Positions 50,446-60,374 of a stretch of DNA of 64,000 nt are shown one piece after another (position 1 is the first letter of the stretch; each line of letters starts with the position of its first letter). The notes below the pieces were generated by a model. It searched no databases. It was not told the origin of the DNA and worked only from the letters and a program-made list of their open reading frames with translations. Source of the stretch: Candidatus Fermentibacterota bacterium (GTDB lineage: Bacteria > Fermentibacterota > Fermentibacteria > Fermentibacterales > JCC-6); assembly GCA_963845085.1 (NCBI GenBank), contig CAWJQI010000001.1, positions 32,001-96,000 of the forward strand. Direction: 5' to 3'. Made by a program: the position numbers and the translations under genes.

Positions 50446-50916
50446 CTACAGCTGCTTCTCTTCGGATACAGCGCTCTCGAGCGCGGCACCGCACGCCGAA
50501 CACGTTTCCTCGTACCAGCTGAAACGCCTTCCACACGACGGGCACGACCAGCGCCCCGCTTCATGTTTGAGCCAGGCGTCAATGCCGGTCTCCCTGATCC
50601 GCTCAAGGTTCCTGAAAACCGCTGAATGGTGGGGAGCTGCATCGTTTTTGAAAGCCGACAACGCCTCGCATGGATAATCAGTGCACTGGAAGCAGAACTC
50701 GTGCCCCTTCGAAACGGCGCAGACCCTCATCGCGCACCTTGCGCAGAATGGCACCGTAATGTCGCCCTTGCAGCCGCCGCAGCGCAGCTCGGACGGTTTG
50801 AGCTCCCACTCGATGGCCATCTTCTGCAAGCCCTCGGAATCGTCCAGTTCGTTGGCCAGCCCGACCGGACATGCGCCGCAATCGAGCCCGCAGTATGAAT
50901 CACGCCTGACGTTCAT
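50446..50916 (-). CDS. DUF3795 Cys-rich protein
   Basis: CGLDCGAC, CGGC, C..RVC, FCFQC.DYPC. Confidence 0.82.
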   Translation of the reverse strand: MNVRRDSYCGLDCGACPVGLANELDDSEGLQKMAIEWELKPSELRCGGCKGDITVPFCARCAMRVCAVSKGHEFCFQCTDYPCEALSAFKNDAAPHHSAVFRNLERIRETGIDAWLKHEAGRWSCPSCGRRFSWYEETCSACGAALESAVSEEKQL

Positions 50917-50934
50917 CCCAGCCTCCGGTCTGTT

Positions 50935-53085
50935 TCATCCCTCCAGCACTTCCCTGACCCTTGCAGCCAGCTCCGCCATCTTGTAGGGCTTTCCAATGAA
51001 ACCGGCCGCCATCGAGGCCATATCCTCACCGTTCCGACCGAACGCGGAGTGGCCGCTCACGATCAGAATGCGCGTTCCCGGTTTCATCCTCTGAAGCTCG
51101 CGCATGCAGTGGTATCCCCCCATGCCCGGCATGTTCAGGTCGAGGATCACAAGATCGATCCCGCCTGTTTTGAAGAACACATCCAGGGCCATTTCGCCAG
51201 TATCCGCGGTGATCACCCGGTAGCCGCACGCCGACAGCAGTTCGACGGTCTGCCTCAGTATGTCCGGCTCGTCGTCCACAACGAGTATCGTCTCGCTGCC
51301 TCGCGGGAGCACGCCACTCCGGGGTTCCTCAGCTGCCGCAGGCGCTTTTTCACCGGTGACGACGGGAAGGAAGACTTTGAATGTCGTACCTTCGCCGACC
51401 GTGCTCCGGCAAAGCACTCCGCCTCCGTGGTTCTTGACTATGCCGTAGACCGAGGCGAGCCCGAGACCGGTCCCCCGCCCGGGTTCCTTCGTTGTGAAGA
51501 AGGGGTTGAACACCTTGTCAATCATTTCCGGAGGGATGCCGCACCCCGTGTCGGTCACGGAGAGCATCACGAACGGTCCGGGTTTCAGGTCTTCGAGCTC
51601 ATGGCAGGCGCTTTCGTCAAGAATGGTGTTCGCGGTGCGGAAGAAGAGCTTTCCGCCCGAGGGCATCGCATCCACGGAGTTGCCCGCAAGATTCAGTATC
51701 AGCTGCTCCATGTGAACGGGATCGGCCTGCACCAGGCGGAGTTCCGGATCGAGCTCGAGCGAGATCTCGATCATCCGGGGAATGGTCTGCTGCAATATCT
51801 GGGCCGCATTCGTGACCTCGTGGTTAAGGTTGAGGCTGGTCTTCCTGCTCTCCATGTTCCTGCTGAAGGCAAGCAGCTGGCTTATCAGGGCGGCCGCCCT
51901 TCTGCTCGCTCCGAGGATCTGCGCGAGCTCCCTGTGATCGGGATCGTCCTCTGATCTCCTTGCGAGGAGCAGCTGGGCGTATCCGCCGATCACCTGCAGG
52001 ATGTTGTTGAAATCATGGGCGATACCCCCGGACAGGGTTCCCAGTGCCTCCATCTTCTCGGCATGCTGCAGACGCTGCGATTGATCGAGGAGTTCCTGCT
52101 GAGCGAGTTCCAGGCTCGCGACCTTCTCCATCAGCCTGCGTTTGAGCAGCAGGCTGACTGCAGTCAGGCAGACCAGCAGCACCGCGGTGAAAAGCGCCAC
52201 AAGTTTGAGCGTCTGCATCGCCTCGGGGCTGAGCCCCTCATGCATCTCCATGGAGATCCATCGCTTCTGAAGGGCTTCGAGCTCCCTGTCGGAGATGTCC
52301 GAAAGCGCCTTCTGCACGGAACTGAAGAGCAGCGGGTACTCCCTGCTGATCCCGATGCTCCACTCGAAGAAATAATCGGTCGTACCCGCGACCCGCAGGT
52401 TTGAAAGCCCCTCCTGATCAGCGTAGTAGGCGGCGACCGCAAGGTTCTCAACGAAGGCGTCCGCCTCTCCGAAGGCCACCGCTCTGAGCCCCTCCGGTAC
52501 GTTCCAGAGGGCTCTGACCTCGAAAAGCCCCCGGCTGTGGCTTCGCACGTACTCCTCTGATGCAAAACCCGACACAACCGCAACGCGATTGCCGGCCAGG
52601 TCGTCGAGGGTCAGCCTTCCCTGCCTCGCGCGCGAGGTTATGATAACGACGGGAACCCTCGCGTAGGGTTCGGTGAAGTAGGCGAAACGCTCGCGCTCGA
52701 CGGTTCGAACGATGGTCGGGGCCACGGCGCATTCGCCATCGGCCAGAGCCTGCAGATGCCTGTTCCAGTCGTCGCAGGGCTGCTTCACGAACGTGATGCC
52801 GAGCCTCTGCTCGACTGCGGCGATCACATCCGCTCCAAGCCCCGTGAAACTCCCTTCGGGAGAAGCGAACTCGACCGGCGGGAAATCCGTGTTGTAGTAC
52901 AGGACAAGACTGTCGCCGTGCTCATCCAGCCAGGCCAGCTCCTCCTGGGATAGAAGGGTTCCCCGTTCTCCCTGAAAGAGCTTCGGCAGGAAAAGAAGGG
53001 CAACGGTCAGGATGGAGGCTGCGGTCACGAAGTACAGCGCGATGAGCAGTCTGCCTCCCGGCCTTCCGGTCATCGGTTGTTCCAT
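50935..53085 (-). CDS. Hybrid sensor histidine kinase (SBP family 3 + HisKA/HATPase + REC)
   Basis: GGIAHDFNN, FFTTK..GTGLGL, LVVDDE, DLNMP. Confidence 0.93.
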   Translation of the reverse strand: MEQPMTGRPGGRLLIALYFVTAASILTVALLFLPKLFQGERGTLLSQEELAWLDEHGDSLVLYYNTDFPPVEFASPEGSFTGLGADVIAAVEQRLGITFVKQPCDDWNRHLQALADGECAVAPTIVRTVERERFAYFTEPYARVPVVIITSRARQGRLTLDDLAGNRVAVVSGFASEEYVRSHSRGLFEVRALWNVPEGLRAVAFGEADAFVENLAVAAYYADQEGLSNLRVAGTTDYFFEWSIGISREYPLLFSSVQKALSDISDRELEALQKRWISMEMHEGLSPEAMQTLKLVALFTAVLLVCLTAVSLLLKRRLMEKVASLELAQQELLDQSQRLQHAEKMEALGTLSGGIAHDFNNILQVIGGYAQLLLARRSEDDPDHRELAQILGASRRAAALISQLLAFSRNMESRKTSLNLNHEVTNAAQILQQTIPRMIEISLELDPELRLVQADPVHMEQLILNLAGNSVDAMPSGGKLFFRTANTILDESACHELEDLKPGPFVMLSVTDTGCGIPPEMIDKVFNPFFTTKEPGRGTGLGLASVYGIVKNHGGGVLCRSTVGEGTTFKVFLPVVTGEKAPAAAEEPRSGVLPRGSETILVVDDEPDILRQTVELLSACGYRVITADTGEMALDVFFKTGGIDLVILDLNMPGMGGYHCMRELQRMKPGTRILIVSGHSAFGRNGEDMASMAAGFIGKPYKMAELAARVREVLEG

Positions 53086-53206
53086 TGTTCGAACAAGCAG
53101 CCTCCAGCATCGAAGTCAGGACCGGCTGATCGGTCATGCACAGGATCGAAGCAGACCAGCCGCCATGATACAAGACGCCACCCTGTCAGTCAAACCCCGC
53201 AAAACG

Positions 53207-53242
53207 AAAAAAGGACCCCGAAAGCCGATACTTTCGGGGTCC
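53207..53242 (-). terminator. Rho-independent terminator
   Basis: 12-bp stem ggaccccgaaag/ctttcggggtcc followed by T6 on the minus strand. Confidence 0.85.
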
Positions 53243-53256
53243 CTGCGTGCTGTTGA

Positions 53257-53541
53257 CTAGTAGCGGGGTCTTCTGGGTCCGGCGTTCCTGGGGCGCTCTT
53301 CGCGAGGACGGGCCTCGTTGACCCTGATGTCGCGGCCGCCGACTTCCCTGCCGTCGAGGGCGCTGATGGCGGATTCCGCGGCTGCCTTGTCGGCCATCTC
53401 AACAAAACCGAAGCCCTTGGGCCTACCGGTGTCCCTGTCGGTGATGATTCTTGCGCTTGTCACCTCTCCGAATTCGGCGAAAAGGTCTTCAAGCTGCTTC
53501 TCGGTCATGTCATACGACAGGTTTCCAACGTAGATGTTCAT
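53257..53541 (-). CDS. RRM RNA-binding protein
   Basis: IYVGNL (RNP2), KGFGFVEM (RNP1). Confidence 0.95.
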   Translation of the reverse strand: MNIYVGNLSYDMTEKQLEDLFAEFGEVTSARIITDRDTGRPKGFGFVEMADKAAAESAISALDGREVGGRDIRVNEARPREERPRNAGPRRPRY

Positions 53542-53667
53542 TTCTCTCCTAAGTGCAAAAAAGCACCCTCATTGAGGGCCAGACCATACTGAACATCGTT
53601 GTTCAGCACGCGAAACTAATCAACGAAAAAAAGTGCGTCAAGTATTCCGCACATGGCCCTGTAACAG

Positions 53668-53702
53668 GAAAAGGCCCCGAAGGTTTGAGCCTTCGGGGCC
53701 TT
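53668..53702 (-). terminator. Rho-independent terminator
   Basis: 13-bp stem aaggccccgaagg/ccttcggggcctt after the RRM gene. Confidence 0.75.
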
Positions 53703-53715
53703 CCGGAACCGTTCT

Positions 53716-54012
53716 TTAGAAACGGGGCCTTCTGGGGCCGTTGCTGCTGCTGCTGCTCCGGGGACGATCTTCCCTGGGGGTAGCTTCGTTGACCCTGAGG
53801 TCACGACCGCCGACTTCCCTGCCGTCGAGCGAGCTGATGGCGGACTCGGCGGCTGCCTTGTCGGCCATTTCCACGAACCCGAAGCCCTTAGGTCTTCCGG
53901 TGTCCCTGTCGGTTATAAGACGGGCGCTTGTAACCTCTCCGAATTCGGCAAAGAGGGCTTCAAGCTGCTTCTCAGTGATGTCGTACGACAGGTTTCCCAC
54001 GTAAATGTTCAT
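53716..54012 (-). CDS. RRM RNA-binding protein (tandem paralogue)
   Basis: Near-identical protein to 53257-53541. Confidence 0.95.
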   Translation of the reverse strand: MNIYVGNLSYDITEKQLEALFAEFGEVTSARLITDRDTGRPKGFGFVEMADKAAAESAISSLDGREVGGRDLRVNEATPREDRPRSSSSSNGPRRPRF

Positions 54013-54219
54013 TTCACTCCTAAAAAAGACGCCCGTTATGGGCTGATTCAACTGAACATAGTTGTTCAGCCCCCAATGATAGTGATTTCATAACCTCGGT
54101 GTCAAGTGTAAAATGCAGGGGCACCTCCGGGAAGAAAACCGTGGCCGCCTGCCGGCCGGAATCCGGGACGGACCGGTCATCCATCTGCATATTCGCGTGT
54201 CGCACACGGGAGGAAGGCA

Positions 54220-54876
54220 TTGCTCGAACTGAGGGGTCTCGCGGTTTCGGCGGGTGGAATCATGTTGTTGTCGGGCATCGACCTCACCCTCTCGAAGGGT
54301 GAGATGATCGCCGTGTGCGGACCGTCGGGGTGCGGCAAAACCAGCCTTCTCCGAGCGGTGGCGGGGCTCGACGACCCTGCGGCGGGAACGGTCCTGCTGG
54401 ATGGCTCCTCCCCTTTCGCAACGGGCTGGCCGCGTTTCAGACGCAGAGTGGTTCTGGTTGACCAGAGGCCGGTTCTGATCCCCGGGACCGTGCGCGACAA
54501 CCTGATGCTGCCCTTCCGGTACTCCATATCCGGGGGCCTCGGCTTTCCCGCCGGGGAGGCCCTCTCCCTTCTTGAAACGTTCGGCGTGTCGGGGGACCGG
54601 TTCTCACAGGAGGCCCGAACCCTCTCCCAGGGTCAGCAGCAGCGGGTCTGTCTTGTCAGGTCATTTTTGTTGAAACCGGACGTCCTTCTTCTCGACGAAC
54701 CGACCAGCGCTCTCGACCCCGGTGCGGTGTCATCCGTCGAGAAAACGCTGGCGGACGAAACACGCCGGAGGGGGCTCTCCGCACTCGTCGTCACCCACGA
54801 CAGGGAGCAGGCCGGAAGGCTCTGCGACAGGGTGCTGGACCTGTCCGCGTACGGGGCGGTGGAACATGTCTCCTGA
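54220..54876 (+). CDS. ABC ATP-binding protein, FetA/YbbL-like
   Basis: GPSGCGKT, LSQGQ, LLDEPTSALD. Confidence 0.88.
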   Translation: MLELRGLAVSAGGIMLLSGIDLTLSKGEMIAVCGPSGCGKTSLLRAVAGLDDPAAGTVLLDGSSPFATGWPRFRRRVVLVDQRPVLIPGTVRDNLMLPFRYSISGGLGFPAGEALSLLETFGVSGDRFSQEARTLSQGQQQRVCLVRSFLLKPDVLLLDEPTSALDPGAVSSVEKTLADETRRRGLSALVVTHDREQAGRLCDRVLDLSAYGAVEHVS

Positions 54877-55675
54877 AAACGCTGTGATCGACCTTTCCGC
54901 AGGTGACGTTGCGATCTCCGCCGCACTCGTTCTCGTGTCGGGAGGGATCAGCATCGCCCTGAAACTCGGCATGGAGAAAAAACTTGCGCTCGCCTCGATC
55001 AGAACGGTGACCCAGTTGCTGCTGATCGGTTTCGTTCTGCAGAGGGTGTTCGAGATCAGCACCCTTCCCGCACTGCTGCCGGTGCTGCTGCTGATGCTTG
55101 TCGCCGCTGCACACACAGCGGTTGGAAGACCGGCCCGCACCTTCTCCGGCCTGGGGCCGCTGGCTTTCGGCACAATGGCCGTAACAAGCCTTGCGGTGAC
55201 CATTACGGCCACGGGCCTGATCGTCGGGGTTGAGCCCTGGTACAAGCCATCCTATCTGATCCCCCTGATGGGCATGGTGCTGGGAAACACGATGAACGGT
55301 GTCTCGCTCGCAACGGATCACTTCCTTGAAACCCTTTCGGAGCGAAGGCACGAGGTGGAGATGGAACTTGCCATGGGGGCCACCCGATGGGAGGCCGCCC
55401 GAAGACCTGTGGCCGAGTCGGTGCGCCGCGGGATGATACCCATAATCAACAGCATGATGGTCGTGGGGGTCGTTTCACTGCCTGGGATGATGACGGGACA
55501 GATTCTCGCAGGCACCGATCCGGCGGTTGCGGTAAGGTATCAGATAATGATAATGTTCATGATAGCGTCAGGCGCCTCGATGGGTTCGATGGGAATGGTT
55601 CTGCTTGCGTACAGGCGGCTTTTCAACTCCAGGCACCAGCTGCTTTTCGGGCGCATCAGGGGGAGAAGGAAATGA
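54866..55675 (+). CDS. fetB: Iron export ABC permease FetB/YbbM
   Basis: RTVTQL..IG, IPLMGMVLGN, GVVSLPGMMTGQILAG, AVRYQI. Confidence 0.88.
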   Translation: MSPENAVIDLSAGDVAISAALVLVSGGISIALKLGMEKKLALASIRTVTQLLLIGFVLQRVFEISTLPALLPVLLLMLVAAAHTAVGRPARTFSGLGPLAFGTMAVTSLAVTITATGLIVGVEPWYKPSYLIPLMGMVLGNTMNGVSLATDHFLETLSERRHEVEMELAMGATRWEAARRPVAESVRRGMIPIINSMMVVGVVSLPGMMTGQILAGTDPAVAVRYQIMIMFMIASGASMGSMGMVLLAYRRLFNSRHQLLFGRIRGRRK

Positions 55676-55708
55676 CCCTTGCCGGCTGGAACACCTGAGG
55701 AGGTTCTT

Positions 55709-57130
55709 GTGCTGATAAAACATTTTATTACACCGAAGATCGCGCACAGTTCGTACATCCTCGCGGGAAGCGGCTCGTGCGCCGTGGTGGATCCCTCGAG
55801 GGACAGCCATGCCTACATCAGGGCCGCGGACGAGCTTGGCGTCCGGATCACCCATGTTCTCGAAACGCACCTCCACGCGGACTTCGTTTCGGGCCACCGC
55901 GATCTGGCTGCCCTTACCGGCGCAGAGATCATCGCCCCCAGTGCCGCCCTGTGCGCGTTCCCCCATCGTGGCGTCAGGGAGGGCGACAGCTTTCATCTTG
56001 GCAGCGTTCTGGTTGAAGTTCTGGAAACACCCGGTCACACCCCGGAGCATGTAAGCTACGTGGTGACCGATACCGCAAGGGGAGCCTCACCGGCTGGTGT
56101 CTTCCCGGGAGACACCCTCTTTGTGGGAGATGTGGGCAGACCCGACCTTTTCCCCGGAATGGCCTCGAGCCTCGCGGCCCGTCTTTTTCAAAGCCTTGAA
56201 AAACTCATGGAGCTTCCGGATTTCTGTGAGGTGTACCCCGCTCACGCCGCCGGTTCGCTGTGCGGACGCTCCATGTCATCCAAGTACACAACTACCATTG
56301 GTTACGAAAGGATGTTCAACCCGGCACTGCTTCTCAAGGATGAGGAGAGTTTCGTCGAGTCGCTCACGACGGGGATGCCTCCCGCCCCCGATCACTTCTC
56401 CCGCTGCAGCGGGATCAACCGTCAGGGCCCCGAACTTCTTTCGACCCTGCCCCCCCCTGCACCGCTTGAGCCGGCCGCTTTCCTGCGGGCCTTATCCGAT
56501 GAAAACCACTTCGTCCTCGACGTGAGAAGGTATGACGCCTTTGCCGCCCAGCACGTTCCCGGAGCCTGGAGCATTGATTTCACGGGCAACCTTCCCACCT
56601 TTGCGGGCTGGGTCACACCACCCGACCGCGACATCCTCCTGGTGGCCACCGGTCCCGAAGAGGCCCGGGAGGCAGCGCTCTGGCTCCGCAGGGTCGGGCT
56701 GGACAGGGTATCCGGATACCTCGAGGGCGGAATGTTCTCCTGGGCGGTAAACGGTCTGCCGACGGCGCACATGGGGCTTGTGTCAGTTCAGGAGGCCAGC
56801 GCCGCGGCATCCGGAGGTACCAGGCTCATACTCGACGTTCGTGCGCCCTCGGAGTTCGAAGACTTCCACTTCCCCGGTTCCCTGAACATCCCCGCTCCCG
56901 ACCTCCGGAGCCGCTACGGCGAGCTCGACCCCCGGGGGGATTACCTCGTCCTGTGCAGCACGGGCCAGAGATCTGCCCTCGCAGGCAGCATTCTTCTGTC
57001 AAAGGGGTTTTCGGAAGTATCATGCGTGGCGGGGGGCATGAGGGGATTTCAGGCTGCTTCACTGGCCCCGGCATGCCCATTGTGTTCACTCCCCCACGGC
57101 CCCAGGGAGAAGCGTTCAGGCGACAGGTGA
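55709..57130 (+). CDS. MBL-fold hydrolase with two rhodanese domains (persulfide dioxygenase-sulfurtransferase-like)
   Basis: ETHLHADFVSG, TPGHTPEH, GDVGRPDL, CSTGQRS. Confidence 0.9.
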   Translation: MLIKHFITPKIAHSSYILAGSGSCAVVDPSRDSHAYIRAADELGVRITHVLETHLHADFVSGHRDLAALTGAEIIAPSAALCAFPHRGVREGDSFHLGSVLVEVLETPGHTPEHVSYVVTDTARGASPAGVFPGDTLFVGDVGRPDLFPGMASSLAARLFQSLEKLMELPDFCEVYPAHAAGSLCGRSMSSKYTTTIGYERMFNPALLLKDEESFVESLTTGMPPAPDHFSRCSGINRQGPELLSTLPPPAPLEPAAFLRALSDENHFVLDVRRYDAFAAQHVPGAWSIDFTGNLPTFAGWVTPPDRDILLVATGPEEAREAALWLRRVGLDRVSGYLEGGMFSWAVNGLPTAHMGLVSVQEASAAASGGTRLILDVRAPSEFEDFHFPGSLNIPAPDLRSRYGELDPRGDYLVLCSTGQRSALAGSILLSKGFSEVSCVAGGMRGFQAASLAPACPLCSLPHGPREKRSGDR

Positions 57131-57150
57131 ATGGCGCGCGGGACCCTGCG

Positions 57151-60100
57151 TCAGGAACGGGGCCGTTCCAGGCCTGCTTCACTTTCCATGCGCTGCGCCT
57201 CACGGCTGAAGGAATCGTTCCAGGCGGCTCCGATGAGAAGGTTTTCATGGCGTTGACGGCGCAGCTCGAACCAGTCCTCCCTGCTGCCGGCTTCAGTGAG
57301 GACAGCGTCAGCCTCATGAGTCCGCCCCGTTCCGTGAAGATGAAGGGCGAGCAGCCCGGCTGCCCTGAAAGAGGCTCTGGGCGTTCCGGCAAGCATCCTT
57401 TCCCGCAGGGCCTCCGCCGGGCCGGGCGGGTTCGTGAGCCTGATCTCCATCCAAATCCGCTGCAGGTCCAGCTCATCCCTGGTGATGCTTATGCTGTTGA
57501 TGCTTATCGGGGCAAGACACCTGTCCCCCACCATCCGCAGAGCCCGCTCGACGGACTCCAGTGAAGCGCTAAGGTCCCCGGTCCGCTCCAGGATAAGTGA
57601 GTTGGTGTACAGGGCGGCAGGACAATCCGGCCGAATCTGAAGGGGTTCTTTCAGTGCTTCCGCCGCCAGCTCCACGTGACCGCCTTCCAGCAGCATCCTG
57701 CACCTGATCAGGTCCATCTCCCTCATGAACTCTGAGTCATCGAGCCGTTCGGCGCTCTTTGCCACTTCCATTGTTCCCGTTTCCACCCTGCGGTTCTGAA
57801 ATGCATGGTACGCAGCATCCACCCCCAGGGCCCGGGAGCATGTCATTCCGTAGAACGATGCCTGTTCTGTGGCAAGACGTTCGGCTTCCCCGAGGTGCTT
57901 AAGGGCAGTTACCGGCTGACCCGCAAGAAGGTAGAATTCTCCGATGTCATGGACGAAGTACCAGTGGAACGTGAAGTCGCCCTCCCTGTGCCTCAGCATG
58001 TCGCGGCATGCCTGGTAGCCCATGCCGGGCGTGTTCATTGCAATCGCGCAGAAGAGCTTCTTGTGTGCGATCTGCACAAGCAACCCACCGTGGCGGGGCA
58101 TTGACCCGTCAAGAAGCGATTCGGCCTCGGTCAGACGGTCCAGAGCCTCGGGTGCCCTGCACGCCCTGCTGAGGGAATCCGACAGTTTTATCAGCGTGTC
58201 CACCCTGTCATTCCCGGTGGTCGAGGAAAGCATCCCCTCAAGCTCATGAACCGCCTCGGGGCTTCTTCCCTGTACACGAAGGCTGTCGGCGGCAAGCAGT
58301 CTGTGCGCGGAAGCCCTCTCCGGAGCGCCGTTGGCGATGGCGTAGTCGGCTGCTTCAAGGGCTGTCTCACGCACTTTCTCCCAGTAGCCGCAGTTCACCT
58401 GGGCACGGATCAGTTCGTCATCGAGATCGAACACGTCTTCCGGAGCAACCTGTCCAGTGGCCACCAGCCCGTCGGCCTGAGCTCTGGCCCTCTCCAGGCA
58501 GGCAACACCAACTCCTGGAAGCCAGGTATTGCGGCTGGCATCGGAGCCTTCCCTGTAGTTCATGTAGGCATTGAAGGTGTTGCCGATCTTCTCGAGGTGA
58601 TACCCGGCCTCGAGAAAATCGCCGTTCTGCCTGAGTGTCCCGGCCAGCGCCGAGTGGGCTGCGATCAGAACGCTTCTGGGCGCTGAGGAATAAACAGCAA
58701 GCCTCACGGCTTCGTTCGGGTAGCGATAGCTCAGAAGAGCCTCGCGGCCGGGCGCCAGCACACCCGCCTTCACAGCGTCGTCGAGAAAACCCAGGACCTC
58801 TCCCTCGGTGAGGCCCGTACTTTCGACAAGGAAAGCAGGGTCGGGGTTCCCCCTCCGGTCTGCCGAAGCGTGCTGAAGTACGAGAAGGCACTCACGGGAG
58901 AGGGCCAGAAGCCTGCTTCCAACAATGCCTTCCACCCTCTCGGGGATCGATGAGAAAGAACCTTCGCCAGGAAGACCCTCGCCCGAAAACTCACCATCCC
59001 GGGAACAGCCCGCCCTCAGGAACTCACAGGCGAAAAGCGGGTTGCCCCCGGAGAACCTGAACACCCTGGCGGAGATATCCTGCAACGGCTTGGATGAACC
59101 GAGCCTGGCCCTCACCAGCTCGCCCACCTGATCACGGTCGAAGGGTTTCAGGTGAAGCTTTCCGAACTGTCCGGATCCGGGGAGAACGGCTGACAACTCC
59201 CCGAGGGAATCGGAGCGGGTGGCAACCACAAGCGAGAAACCCGACGGTATCCCGGCCCGAAGGGCGTAGCCGAGGAAGGATGCCGTCCCGGGATCGAGCC
59301 AGTGTGCGTTGTCAACAAGGAAAACAGTGGGAAGCCGGGTTGAAAAAAGAGACGAGAGGGCTTCGAGCACGGCCAGCGAATCGGGACGTACCAGCGGAGA
59401 TTGCGACCCGTGAAATATTCCCGGAAAGATGCCGCAAAGCACCCGGGACCATGGGGCATCAGTGTGCGAACCGGAGGCCGATACGAGACCCCTGACCCAG
59501 GGCAGCAGGGAAGCCCAGGAGATGCCTGACAACTCGGGTCTCGCCTCGATGCGGCACACCGTACCGGATGGGAAACGCGCAGCTGCCTTTTCCAGAAGAA
59601 GGGTCTTGCCTGAACCAGCGTCGCCGGTCAGAAGCAGCCCCGTGTTCACGGGTGAGGCCTGCGCCTTCAGGATAAAGGCCAGTTCGTCGTCGCGGCCCAC
59701 AAAGACGTCATCGTGCCAGAAAAGGGTCTCACCGGTCTGGTGCGCCCTCCTTATGCAGTTCCCCCCGGCACTTTTGGCCCTGTACATGGCGCGGTCGGCC
59801 GCCCTGAGAACATCACCCGCCAGAGGTCCGTGCAGGGGAAAGAGCGCCTCCCCTATGCTCACGGTGACCCCCCACCGCGGTTTCAGGGTGTTGTTGACAG
59901 CTTCGAGAAGCCGTTCGCCAACCCTGTTCCCCGAATCGGCGCCCGGAACCAGAACGACGAACTCATCCCCTCCGAACCTCACGGGACGGTCTTCGAACCG
60001 GACCCTGTTCACAAGAATCTCCCCCACCCGCTCAAGGACTGCGTCGCCCTCGGCGTGCCCCAGAGTGTCGTTCACCCGCTTGAAGCCGTCCATGTCAAGA

Positions 60101-60258
60101 AACAGGACGGAGAACTCATGATCGAGCGCAATGAGGGAATCAAGTGTGTGCAGAAGGTACCGGCGGTTGGGCAACCCCGTGAGATCGTCCATCCATGACG
60201 ATGAGCTGTGCGCCGGTATCCCGAACCTGGTCAGCAGACCGGGGCTGATGCTCACCAA
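57151..60258 (-). CDS. GGDEF + STAND-like AAA ATPase + helical-repeat protein
   Basis: DDLTGLPNRR, RFGGDEF, FVGRDDEL, GDAGSGKT, LVDNAHW, SGGNPLF. Confidence 0.85.
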   Translation of the reverse strand: MVSISPGLLTRFGIPAHSSSSWMDDLTGLPNRRYLLHTLDSLIALDHEFSVLFLDMDGFKRVNDTLGHAEGDAVLERVGEILVNRVRFEDRPVRFGGDEFVVLVPGADSGNRVGERLLEAVNNTLKPRWGVTVSIGEALFPLHGPLAGDVLRAADRAMYRAKSAGGNCIRRAHQTGETLFWHDDVFVGRDDELAFILKAQASPVNTGLLLTGDAGSGKTLLLEKAAARFPSGTVCRIEARPELSGISWASLLPWVRGLVSASGSHTDAPWSRVLCGIFPGIFHGSQSPLVRPDSLAVLEALSSLFSTRLPTVFLVDNAHWLDPGTASFLGYALRAGIPSGFSLVVATRSDSLGELSAVLPGSGQFGKLHLKPFDRDQVGELVRARLGSSKPLQDISARVFRFSGGNPLFACEFLRAGCSRDGEFSGEGLPGEGSFSSIPERVEGIVGSRLLALSRECLLVLQHASADRRGNPDPAFLVESTGLTEGEVLGFLDDAVKAGVLAPGREALLSYRYPNEAVRLAVYSSAPRSVLIAAHSALAGTLRQNGDFLEAGYHLEKIGNTFNAYMNYREGSDASRNTWLPGVGVACLERARAQADGLVATGQVAPEDVFDLDDELIRAQVNCGYWEKVRETALEAADYAIANGAPERASAHRLLAADSLRVQGRSPEAVHELEGMLSSTTGNDRVDTLIKLSDSLSRACRAPEALDRLTEAESLLDGSMPRHGGLLVQIAHKKLFCAIAMNTPGMGYQACRDMLRHREGDFTFHWYFVHDIGEFYLLAGQPVTALKHLGEAERLATEQASFYGMTCSRALGVDAAYHAFQNRRVETGTMEVAKSAERLDDSEFMREMDLIRCRMLLEGGHVELAAEALKEPLQIRPDCPAALYTNSLILERTGDLSASLESVERALRMVGDRCLAPISINSISITRDELDLQRIWMEIRLTNPPGPAEALRERMLAGTPRASFRAAGLLALHLHGTGRTHEADAVLTEAGSREDWFELRRQRHENLLIGAAWNDSFSREAQRMESEAGLERPRS

Positions 60259-60374
60259 AACCTCCCTTGCTGGAGTGTTTTCTGCGAAGAAAGGCCTGGC
60301 AAGTCAAGGCTTAAAGAATGGGTTCGACGCTCCGCCCCTCCCCGGACTGGAGAGGCGGAGCGCCTTGAAGAGTG

